A stretch of DNA of 64,000 bases from Takakia lepidozioides (Eukaryota > Plantae > Bryophyta): the NCBI GenBank assembly GCA_030704615.1, contig CM060733.1:10106001-10170000 (forward strand), read 5' to 3'. Shown one piece after another: positions 13,609 through 24,958 of the stretch; the first letter of the stretch is position 1, and each line of letters begins with the position of its first letter. Made by a program: the position numbers and the translations under genes. The notes under the pieces were generated by a model that was given only the letters and a program-made list of their open reading frames with translations, was not told the origin of the DNA and made no database searches.

Positions 13609-14463
13609 GTGCAAAGAAACTAGTGTTTGACGAACAGAAGGAGACAGGACGTGGTGTTTGGGCTCAGGGCTGTGTTCAAGTATTCTAGAAGTTGCTGCTT
13701 CTGTTAAGTTTCTGAGCAGGGATTGAGCATGTTATCATAGTTGCACAGACACTTGCAAATGCTCTGAGTCAGTTGCGTCATTGACGGTGGGCAGCCTCGT
13801 CACTGGGCAAACTGCTAGTCATTTGGGATGCCACCTTGTATGTTATTGAGTGTGTAGCACAAAGACCCTTGAAAATTTGCTTGGACCTATGTAGAAGAGG
13901 CAAAGTCTAATGAGTACAACATCTTAGAAGGATGAAGAGCAGCTTTTCAGTTGCATCATGTGGATAGGATTGAGATGAAGAAAAGATAGCTCTGTCAGTC
14001 AGGCCCCACGTCTATGGGCCCATCAGATTGTAGTTACAGATGGAGGATTGCAATGTCATATCCATAAAAGACCTCTCTTTTGTAATATGGTTGGCTGTCA
14101 AGAAATTGGTCTCTTTCTTATATCTGTCAATAGATTCTGAGTAGAATTGGTTCCACTTGCGATGAATCAATCTCTTTTTGAATCACATTGGCTTTACAAA
14201 CAAAACAGTAGGCCAGCAAATTTGTCACCTCAAAATTTGTCACCTCTGAGTTGTATCAGCATGCCAATCTTCCAGGAATGTTTCTTGATTCAGCGAGATC
14301 ATTCTAGGGTATTGTGAGCTTACCTGGGGTATGGCTTGCTCTTATTGGATTGTCTGCATAAGCAACTTTGTTATGTAGTATTTAGTTCTGTGAGCCAGTT
14401 TTGGCGGAGGATTTAAGTTTCATACCTTACCACATGCTTATGCAGGTCTGACCAGCGATCCCA

Positions 14464-14880
14464 ATGCTGCAAAAATATGATTTTTAAGTGGTGCATCGAC
14501 CCGGTCTAGTCAATTGGGATGCAGATGGGTTGAGTTGCAATCCATGCATTAGCCATCAAGATGACAATGGAGCTCAATGACATGGCGAGACGGACGAGGA
14601 GATAGTGCCGAGGTGGCACTTATCTGCATTTAAGTCCATCTTGGCAACGGAATGTCAAGTTAGACCTACAACACGGATGATTGGAGGCAAAGTGTCTAAG
14701 GACCCTAAGGCTAGCGACGAGTCAGGTGGTGCCAGAGATATACAGGGATTCAGTTGTATTGAACTATCTCCACACTGGAGACACGACAACTACTGTGAGT
14801 GCCAATGAGAGGGATTGGGTCTTGCAACGAGCCAAGAGATTCAAGTGGGAGGAAAAACACGTGCTCTGAGTGTCTATGCA
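14464..14880 (+). mobile_element. Degenerate Ty3/gypsy pol fragment (end of RNase H into the linker before integrase)
   Basis: Translates as LQKYDF*VVHRPGLVNWDADGLSCNP...*HGETDEEIVPRWH... and, in another frame, ERDWVLQRAKRFKWE. The YDFxVxHRPGxxNxxADxLS motif is the Ty3 RNase H C-terminus. Internal stops are present. Confidence 0.75.
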
Positions 14881-15913
14881 TCTTTCGACGGACACAGCCA
14901 TCTGACCCATTTTCAAAGAGGATCGCTGAGAGGTAGATTGATTCACTTTTACTTCCCTGACTGGCTGCTGACAAAATTAGCCATGACAGGGAAGATGAAT
15001 AACCACCCACAGCATGAATTGGGCATTGACAGCAAAGGATTCAATATAGTCAGTAGAAACAACCTACCTCATGCACAGAAGATTTCACACTGGCAGGCAC
15101 AGGGCAGGGGCATACAGTCACCCATAACTGCTCCAGCCAAGCCCAATATGCCCTACTCACCCCATGATTCTTCCTTTAAATGAAGCAATTTCACCACCCA
15201 GGGTGCAGTCTAGCCAAAGATGAATGTTTCATGTTGGATTCAAGACATACAAGATGACTACATGGAGACCTTGTGTTTTCTTTGTGACTGATGCTTCCAT
15301 TGTCACAGTTGCAAGTCATAAGTCAAGACAACAACAATTTTTCCAAAAGTTTGCAAACAAACAAGAGGTTTCATCAATCATGAGTCTACCATTTGCTTCT
15401 GTCCAAAACATGCAACATCCCAACATGAAACGGGTTTCCAATGTACTCGTACAGGTTCCTGTCCCCACAAGGAGAGAATCCTAACCAGCAATGTGCCTTA
15501 CAATCCTTTGCGGCAACTAATCCGCCTTAAAAGAAATTGGCAGATGTCAATAGTTTCAGCAAATGTCAACCTTACTTTGTGAGGAGCGATCCCCATGAGA
15601 TTGCGGTACAAGTGTTCCAAAATACCGAGTACTGCACCCCATCTTCCAAATATTTGGCAGCACGCAGGAAAAAAGCGAGTGATGGTTCTGACTATGACCC
15701 AAAAATCTAGTCCGCCCTTGGCAAGCAGATTACTTACAGGTAAATATTTTGAACAGGAAAAAGAGGCTGGGAATAACTCATTTGTTGCAGATGGCTGAGT
15801 TAAATGTCCATGATGGCACAACAGTAAAGTTCTTGAACCAGGTGCCACACATTAACACCTGTGCAGATGCCCTGCAGTATCAGGCTTTAGCCCTGTACCA
15901 GGCCTCATCAACT

Positions 15914-17423
15914 TCACTTAGAGTGCAAACGTATGTCTGATGGGTTGGTCGCACTATGCATGACAAAGAACTGACTGGAGAGGTGATTGCTACCACAATT
16001 ACAATCAGTTTTTGCAGCCAAATTGGATATGAGCTCAAGGGTGGTGTAGCGCATTCTATGTACAAAAGATGGGGTCACTTGGGTCCTCAACAAACTAGCT
16101 ACATCCTGCACCGAGTTGCCCATCCAGCGCTCTTGAAAGGCAGTGCACAATACTTGGGCAATTGCCATCACATAAACTCCACAATCATAGCCATTCTCCT
16201 GCTGCGGCGTTGTTTGATCTACCAGCTCTGCCGATGCTGCCCTTGGCCCTGAAGGTTGCATCCAGTTACTGGAAATAGATTACTCACCAATGTTTGCTGA
16301 AGTACCCCTCACAAACGTAAACAGCTTCAATTGCTCAAATCTTTCAAAACTTTTGACACTCGGAAACCCTCCCTGCATAAGACATAGCTCAAGCTCTTCT
16401 AAAGGAGCAAGACATTTTCAAGTGCAGAAGTGAAACAATCACACATTTAAGGTATTGTCAGTTCTGAAATTGTCCGGATATAGGTGCCCAGCAAAGTTAC
16501 AGAAACCTCCCTCTGACCCGTCCTCCCGTTCTCCTCTCTCCTACTCTCTCCTACAACAAAATAGATTTGTCAGTCGGGAACAAGAAGGTACACGTACCCA
16601 TAAAAGGCTTGATGATCTTGACAAGCTGCTGTGCTTGACTCCAGTTGCAGCCTGCCATGCTGTCATAGTGCTCATACAGATTGTGCTGCCTGCTCATCCA
16701 TCCACATACCGCACCCCCAGACCCCACTCAATTTACATCACTCCATAACCCTGCACATTATCGAAAAACTCGATCCCCCAAGAAACAGAATCAATCACAT
16801 CTTCAGAAATATGAAATCGTCCGCCAGTAGAGCTTGCTCAACACATTCTAAATTGGACAAGGGATACACCAAAAGAGATGTGGACCTGCTGTAGACCAGA
16901 AGAGTCCAATGCGAGCCACCTTCTGCAGTCTCCACATCCTCGTTATTGTTCAAGGCAAACATCACCATCTGGGTCGTACCACCAAGTAATTCCCTCCATT
17001 CATCAGCTCACATTGAAGTGGCAACCCTTCCGACGCACCACAAAAGACCCATATTACGGACAGGAACTACGCGCAATTGACGTTAACTCGGATATCATCT
17101 AGTCAAAAAAGCTGTCATGCAGACCACAACAATGATCGGAGTGACAGAGAGAGAGGAACCTCACGATCTGACAATTGCAGCGGGGTAATGGAAACATGTA
17201 GGCCATCGAAATTGGAGCAGTGTAAGAGCCAGAATGTGAGAGAGGGACCAACGAGCAGCAATGGGGCTGGTTTGACGGAGGGACAGGAATTGAACAGGGT
17301 AGAGCTGAGGTAGTTGAAAAAAAATTCGATAATGTTGTCGTTCAGGTAGTGCGTCCCGGCCAACAGGTCCACATCTGACCGCCTCAACAGCACATCGCCA
17401 TAGCTCAGCACCTTGTCGTCCAT
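15914..17423 (-). CDS. DEN1: NEDD8-specific protease 1 (DEN1/SENP8/NEDP1, C48 cysteine protease)
   Basis: Four exons on the minus strand: 17423-17160, 16968-16886, 16689-16598, 16248-15914 (phases 0,2,1). Motifs VLSYGDVLLRRSDVDLL..YLNDNIIEF, EGGSHWTLLV (His), HYDS (Asp) and PQQENGYDCGVYV (Gln, Cys) complete the catalytic set. Confidence 0.92.
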
Positions 17424-17751
17424 GTCCGCTGCATTCAATCTCTTATGGGTTTCAGATTTCTCTCTCCCTCCTGCACACCATAAATGTAAGATCATTCTCG
17501 CAGCTGCGCGCGCCCCACCCAACCAGCCTGCCCCGCACACTAGATACTACCCCTCACAACTTGCTAAGGGTATTTGAACCCTGCATCACCTGGCTGAAAC
17601 TCAGTTTTCGGAGAAATAATTGTTTTAGTAATAATTCGTCCTCAAAAATAAGATTGTGGAAGCAAAAACTCCAAGAAAAACAGACAAAAACTGCATTTCA
17701 TGATTTTGACCCACAACAGGTACTGAAGAGGATCATATATATTGGCCTCCT

Positions 17752-20700
17752 TTGGGTGTGAAGGTTGGATTCCTCCCCCACCTTGCTTTTGGAGTTAAAA
17801 TCCACTCTTGGAACATTCGGGGGATAGGGTCGTCGAATACTTCCCTCAAGAAAGCAAAGCTCAAAACCTGGCTTTCTCCACTGATGCAGCAAGATTCCTT
17901 TATCCTATTGCAAGAACACAAGTTGGACTTAGCCAAAATAAACGCCCTGGGAGATCAACTATGGCCTTCCTCCTTCAGCTTCTGGAAACCAACAGTGGAA
18001 GGTTCACGCGGGGGTACAGCAATTCTGCTTGCCCCTGCCTTGGCTGCTCTCATAAAAAAAAAAGAGGTCTAGTTTCAGGGTAGAGCCCAATTCGTGTCCA
18101 TGACAATTCCTAACGCAACAGGGGTCATTGGTGTGGTCAACCTATATGCCCTGAATTCAACCTCTGAACGTCAGGTATTCTGGTCTATATTTCACTCTAA
18201 AATGGAGTCTGAAGTCTCAGTTCAGCAATGGATCCTAATGGGAGATTTCAACATGGTGGAACATTCGCAAGATAGGCTTGGCAATGTAGCCCCGGGTCTG
18301 GGGGATAGCGAGGCTGCTTCTTGGCAAAGGTTAAGGATCAACTTTTCTCTATCCGAAACCAAAAAGGCAAGGCCAGCCATGTCTAAGCCGTGTTTCACAT
18401 GGACCAACAACAGATCGGGTACAGATATCAGTATGGCCAGACTCGATAGGTTATACATGTCCCCTGGGATCTCTCCATGGGCTTCAATGCAGCCACAAGA
18501 ACCCATTTACCAAGAGTTTGACCATGCAAGCATTTCATGCCAAATCAATATTCCAAACCTGCCAAAAAGGGGCAGAGGTTGGTTCAAGTTAAACACTTCT
18601 CTTCTTCCCTTTCCACCGTTCAAGCTTGCTTTGGAAACAGCCTGGAAATCTGTTGGGAATGATATTCCATGCCCAATTTCTAGGTTTCAAGCAAAGTTCT
18701 CTCAAACTACAATCAAAGCTCAAACCCTCAGCAAAGAGATAGCTTTACAAAGACAACGGAAGAACTTGGCTCTGAAAAAATGCCTTGGAACCTGCCAAAG
18801 ACTATTGGAACGGGGTAATCTTGATCCGCAAAGCCTCCAAACTTACCATGAAGCCAGACAAAACCTAGAAGTGTTCGCTTCCTTGCATGAACAAAACTTC
18901 AAGCTGGCATCAATTGGGCAACAAAGGGGGGGGGAAATGACCAAGTACTTTTTCGAAAAAGTACAAGTCAGAAAAACATCCCAGATCATTACTGAGCTGA
19001 AGAACTCTCAAGGGAATTGCTCCTCGGATCCAAAGGACATGGTTGCGGCAGCGCACTCCTACTTTCAGGAACTCTTCAAACAAAGGCCAGATTCTCAAAG
19101 TATAGCCTCTGCAAGGGAAACATGCCTACGTAGTCACCAAGCAAAGCTCAGCCAAACCTCTACAGCCTCTCTTGACGGGGAATTCACACAAACTGAATTA
19201 TCCATGGCATTGGACCTTATGTCTAATCGCAAATCCCCTGGCTTTGACGGGATGCCAGTTGAATTTTACAAGGCTCTCTGGCAGGTTTAGTCCTCCGACT
19301 TCTGTAACATGGCCAATGAGATAAAGAGGCAAGGATCTATGCCCCAGCCAATGGCCCAAGGCATTATATCCTTACTCTTTAAGAAAAGGGATAGAAAGGT
19401 CATCTCCAATTACAGGCCGATTACATTACTCAATGTAAGCTACAAGATTATAGCAAAAACCCTTGCTTTACGCCTTCAGCCTCTCCTCCCAAAAATCATC
19501 AGACTAGGTCAAGCGGGTTTCATCAAAGGTAGATATATATTGGACAACATCCTCCTGGCGCAAGAAACCCCCATCTGTGCAGAAGCTACTTCGCAGCCCA
19601 TAGCAATGCTCTTATTAGACTTCGAAAAAGCCTTTGACAAAGTTGAATGGCCAATGTTATTTGCAACACTTAAAAAATTGGGACTCTCTCCGGATTATTG
19701 CAAATGGGTGGAGATCCTTTCGATTAACGCCTCAAGCAGGGTTATGGTAAACGGATTCTTTTCGAAGCCCTTCGATCTCCAACGATCAGTCCGCCAGGGG
19801 TGCCCTCTGGCACCTTTCCTATTTTTAATAGTGGCAGACTCGCTAGGCTACCTCTTAGACATCAACCCGAATATTGTTGGCCTCAAAATTCAAGCTCAAA
19901 CCAACCAGGACCTGCAGATAAAGGACTCGATGTTTGTTGACGACACGGTTCTCTACCTGCAAGCCACCCCATCCAACCTGGAGGAAGCCAATAAATCCCT
20001 CTCAACCTTTTGTGAACTGGTAAAAAACGGTGGCCATTCTCGTGGGTGCCACAAACCTCTCTCCATTGGGGCTGTCACCCGATTGGGGTCATGAAATGGG
20101 CCTCAAATGGCTGCAGAATGGGGAGATAACGACACTACTGGGTCACCCCTTTGGGGTTAATCTCACGGATGATCAAAGGATGGGTTATGTCATAGCCAAG
20201 CTCCAAAAAAAACTGGTGTACTGGGTTCACGTCACCTATCATTAACTGGAAGGGCTCTGGTTGCGAATCAAATCTTGCTAGCTAGCATTTGGTACTTTGC
20301 TTCAGTTTGGAGCCCCTCCGCCACACAATTCAATGTCATAAAAAGAACCATCCGTATCTTTACTTGGGGTGCAGACTCAAGTGAGAAAAGCCCCAGACTT
20401 GCTGTTTCTTGGGCTCAAATCTGTTTGCAGAAAAAAAAAAAAAGGGCGGCCTTGGCTTATTAGATCCTAGTAACCAGATCAGGGCTCTTTTAGGAAGATG
20501 GGTGGTCAGGCTGCTGGGTCCTGAGGGAGGCTGGTGGAAACACCTTATTTATCAACATGTGGTTAACAGCTCTCCTCTGAAATCCAAGATATGGGGCCCA
20601 TCTCTTAGATGGATCACACAGGGTTTTAAACACAAGACCCGTGGGTCTCCTCTGTGGAAGGCCATTTGGGATATTTGGGGATCAATCAGGCCTCACTTGG

Positions 20701-22810
20701 TTAAAGTGGAACCGCAAACTTATGAGGAAACAATGCGCCAATTCCTATCCCTTAACTCCAATGCCCCTTCCCCCGCAGAAAAGGCCTTGGTAGCCAAGTT
20801 CTCTGCATGGGACAGACTGAACTTTTCTCAGGTAAAAGACATCTGGGATGGGCATGCTTTCTTTTCTCAGGACCAGGTCAACACCGTTATGGGTCCTCAA
20901 AGAGGGAACTCAGGCTACCAGCAGCTCCTTCAAAGTACCCCGCTCCCATGGATCCATAACCTGACCGCGGGCCCGGATCGTGGTATGTCTAATAGTTGGA
21001 TTACTTGTTCCAACAACCCCAACCAAGTGATCTACATCACTGATTCCAAATCAGATCACTTCATGGGGTTGGTGATGAACAAATTAGACCTCTCCAACTA
21101 TCTGCACCTTTCATCCAGGGCCCCAACCGTTATCTCTGGTGGACAATTCACCCCAGTTAGAATCTGTCAGTGGTCATCAAAAGACAAGGATATGAATCCA
21201 ATGGCTCCTCTTGGCCAGCCAATAGCTTCATGGCTCTCTTCTCAATTGTTTCTATGGGTAGAGGGAGGCCCTCTCATGGGTCTGGCGGTAGACCCCAAAG
21301 AATGGTCTTGGGATTTTGAACCCTCCCGACCTTCATTCTTTAACTATTCAGCCAAAGCTGCATACCGCTCCACGCTGAAAACCAAACCTGTTTTCAGATA
21401 AATTGAACTCTAAATGGGCTGGGCATGGTCTTCAACAAGCTAATTGGAACCTCATCTGGTCTCATATTTGGATCAAGGTCAGACCAGCGAAGGTGGCTCC
21501 GTTCCTTTGGCAACTCGCTAACAAGGTTCTCAAGGTCGGGGGCTTGGTTGTCATTCTCAGAGGCACTACTCTGTAAATGCTGCAACCTTGGTATCTCGGA
21601 ATCAATTGAGCATTGCCTCCTCCTCTGTACCATACCCTCTAAAACTTGGCCTCGACTCCTTCCTGTTATGCAGATATGGAAACCAGGGTCACCCTCTTCA
21701 GTTCAAAAGCTTTTAAATTATGACCCAGTATCTCAGCAACTTCACTGTCGCTGCCCAGTGTATGATTCTTTTAGGTCTATCGCGTTGTGGAATATATGGA
21801 AGGTAAGATGCAGTTGGACTCTAAATCACGAGAGAGGTTGTCTCTCTGTTTTACTGTCTACAATATTTCATGAGGTCCAGATTGAGGCAAGAAAGGCTTG
21901 GGTTAAAATGCATGCAGACATCAGCATCGATCCAAAGGCTGAACCTGGGCTCCTCAGGAAATTCCAAAGATCGTGGGGCAGAAACGAGTTCCTATGCAGC
22001 TGTTCTTCGACGTCAAGCTGTCAATGGTCCAAGAGCCCACCAAACTCCTGGCAGTTCGCAGCAGCTTCGCTGCCTTGAATCACCCGAATTTGAAAGGGAG
22101 GTCAACTAGAAGCATATCGGTGGGAAACGCTCCACCAGACTTTGCTTCGACTAGTAGATCTCTATGCAGGCTTCCTCTTTGCGATCGGCAATTTTTTTTT
22201 TTTTCCTTTCACTTAGTTCCGCCCTTGTCTGCCCTTTCTCTCTCGTATAGTTACTTTTCAGAGTTCAGAGGTTATCTGAAATCCCAATTTGTAGCTGGTC
22301 CAGGCTCCCTTTCCTTCGTAGATCCCTGTCTCCCACTTTTTCTCCTCCATTGCTTGCCAGATCAATGCTTATTCTACGCTTCTTCTTCCCCTATAGCAGA
22401 CCGTCCAGACTGCTCTCCTACTGTATGTTGCATGTAATGGGGTTTTCTCTTCATCGCTGTTGTAGAACCCATCTTCCATTGTTGACAATCTCCCGTCGCA
22501 ATTCTTCTCTCTCTCTTGAAAGCTCGCATCTCGTGAGCCATAGCGAAGCCATAGCCAGGCTCTAGGGGTACCTCTTGAGTCTAAACTAATACTTTCATCC
22601 ACTCGGATGGTTTTCTCGTTGTTAAAAGTATCTCGGGTTCGCCCTCACCGAAAGGTGTGTATGCCTTATGGCTCCATAGGGGTTTATTTTTTCCCCAGAA
22701 ATAAATTATCGGGGCTTCATCCCCCTTTTTTTCTTTTTTCTTTTTTCTTTTTTTTAATTTAAATTTTAAAGAAGAAGAAAAAGAAGAAAGAAGTATGAAA
22801 AAAAAACAGT
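17752..22810 (+). mobile_element. L1-clade LINE, ORF2 (APE endonuclease, RT, C-terminal CCHC) plus 3' UTR; disabled, ORF1 apparently absent
   Basis: Endonuclease motifs SWNIRG, LQEHK, MGDFN, RLDRLY, DH. RT motifs YRPITLLNVSYKI, LDFEKAFD, SVRQGCPLAP, MFVDD (canonical FADD altered). Zinc motif CKCC...ESIEHCLLLC. Frameshifts at A-runs (~18054-18063, ~20431-20443), stop at 19288, further breaks near 20020-20245 and 21400. T-rich then A-rich tail ~22726-22806. Both ends are approximate. Confidence 0.9.
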
Positions 22811-23781
22811 TAGTCGGCCGCGAAGGCTTACAGTGGGGAAACCGCCCGCTAACCATGTTCAACCTATTCTCACTTAAACCAAAGTATTCCGCGTGCCCGA
22901 CATGCAGTACGTCATGAATCAGCAAGTAGGATGCACAGTTTGTCAAATGACGTCCATCTACGAGTCGGTTATAACCATAACCCATCCCAAATTTGGTCGT
23001 CTACTTTTGGCAAACAGAGTTGCTGTTTGAAATCTAGTCATTCAACAACTTAATTAGCTTTTAACGTTGACAGATTATTCATTTATAATGTCCAAAAATA
23101 TGCTGGCAGTCTGAGTCAAACCACTCAAATATATAACTCTAGCACATACTACACGTAAAGATCCCATTGTAGCAGCCTGCTTCTTACCGTCCATGACCTA
23201 AAAATAAGCCCAATTGTTTAATGTTCTCAGAGACCACCCTAAGTTCCTACCGTCTGTCCCTCTCAATCAATCTATGCAGTGCTGGAGATACCCATTTCTC
23301 TTCATGAATTTAGTGGAACAAAGAATTTGCGACATGTGTATATATAGTTTGCTTGGTGGATATATAATGCTTTCTTGTTTCCATGGAATGAAATAATATG
23401 AGATCTACTTATTGTTGTATATTAGTAGTAAAATCTTGATCTACTTTCAATTCTTCAAACACAAATATAGAGACATTAATTAAATCAATGTGGGGTGATG
23501 TCATTGAAAGAGCAAAGGGTTAAGTTTTGTAGATTTTTAATCTTCCAAATGTGCATGAGAAAGACAACCAATTGGACATGCTATAGATATGTGTTAGCTG
23601 TTTTGTCTCTTCAATCACTTTTTAATTTATTGGGGAAAAAATGTTAACTATAATGTATACCATCCATATAATGCTTGCTACCACAAAGTGTTTGCATCAT
23701 GGGTGCAGAAATGCATCATAGACTCGCTTCAAAGTTCATTTGGAGGGTGAAAAGCTAGTGGGGGAAGTTAGGCAGTCATAC

Positions 23782-24958
23782 ATGGGTTGGTGTGAACAGA
23801 ATTATGAGTTGACTCCATTTGTTGTTGAGTTCTTCAACACGATATCCAACCTACCCGGCATCGTTCTTGCATTGATTGGTTTTATCAACTGCATACACCA
23901 AAAGTTTGGGAAAAGGTTTACTATTCTCCATCTCATTTCCGTTGCGATTGGTATTGGGAGCATTTTCCTCCATCCTACATTTGACTATGTGTATGTTCCT
24001 CTCTAACTAATCTCCTATGTCTATAATGTCTTCTAAACTTTCAAAAATATATATATTTTTTTCTTTTTACAACTACAAACTCAAAAAGTGGGCCATTCTT
24101 TGTATGAGTATATAACCTTATTTATTTTCCATTTAATTAATTTGAAAACTAGTAATGTCAATACAATAAACAATATGATATTTTAAATCATATTTTATGT
24201 ACTAAAGGTGTGTAAGTGATAAAATAATGATTAAGTTAAATGCAGTCTTCTGGATGTGTATGAAATATGATCATGTTTTGCTTAGTTTTGTTATATACAT
24301 ATAGCAATTTTATTTAAATATCATGTTTTACTTACATAGATATATGTATATATTTTAATTAGCTATATAAAATTGTTTATGTATTTTCTTAATCTAATAG
24401 TTTTACTTGATAAATTGTTGCAGTGACCAAAAGAGTGATGAGTTGCCATTGGTGTGGTTTGTTCTTCTCTACATCTACATACTCTACTCACCCGAATGGC
24501 ATTTTTGGACCATAATTCCCACTTGTCTCTTGCTTTATGGGATTATCTTTACTATTGCACATTCTCAATTTCAATTTGTGTTAGGGTTTCAAGTTCATTA
24601 TGGGTTTTTGGTGTTGATATGTCTTCCTCGGATGTTCAAGTACTATATAGATACCACAAATGTTCTAGCTCGACGATTGGCACACCAATACTTTGCCTGT
24701 CTTTTGTGCGGGAGTATTTGTTGGTTGGTGGATCAATACTTATGTGGTCGGGTGTCAACATTGCCCATTAATCCACAAGGTCGGGCCTTATTTCAAGTGT
24801 TTACTGGATTTAATTCCTATATTGGCAATACATTCCTAGAATACATTTGTGCTCAACAACTCCACAAAAATCCTAAGCTTCAATACATTGGAGGGTATAT
24901 ACCTTATGTAAAACTTACTAGACATGTCACCAATTATGAAGCAGCAACTAATAAATAA
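23782..24958 (+). CDS. Alkaline ceramidase (ACER/CREST family) homolog, divergent; zinc-binding HxxxH lost
   Basis: Two exons, (23740/23782)-23990 and 24424-24958, joined by a phase-2 GT-AG intron. Collinear with plant ACER: WCEQNY..EFFNTISNLPGIVLALIG, GSIFLH, QKSDELPLVW, LYSPEWH, PRMFKYYI, NPQG..FNSY.GNTFL, PYVK. The first in-frame ATG is 23782 and there is an in-frame TAG at 23719, so the true start (possibly an upstream exon) is unresolved. Confidence 0.82.
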
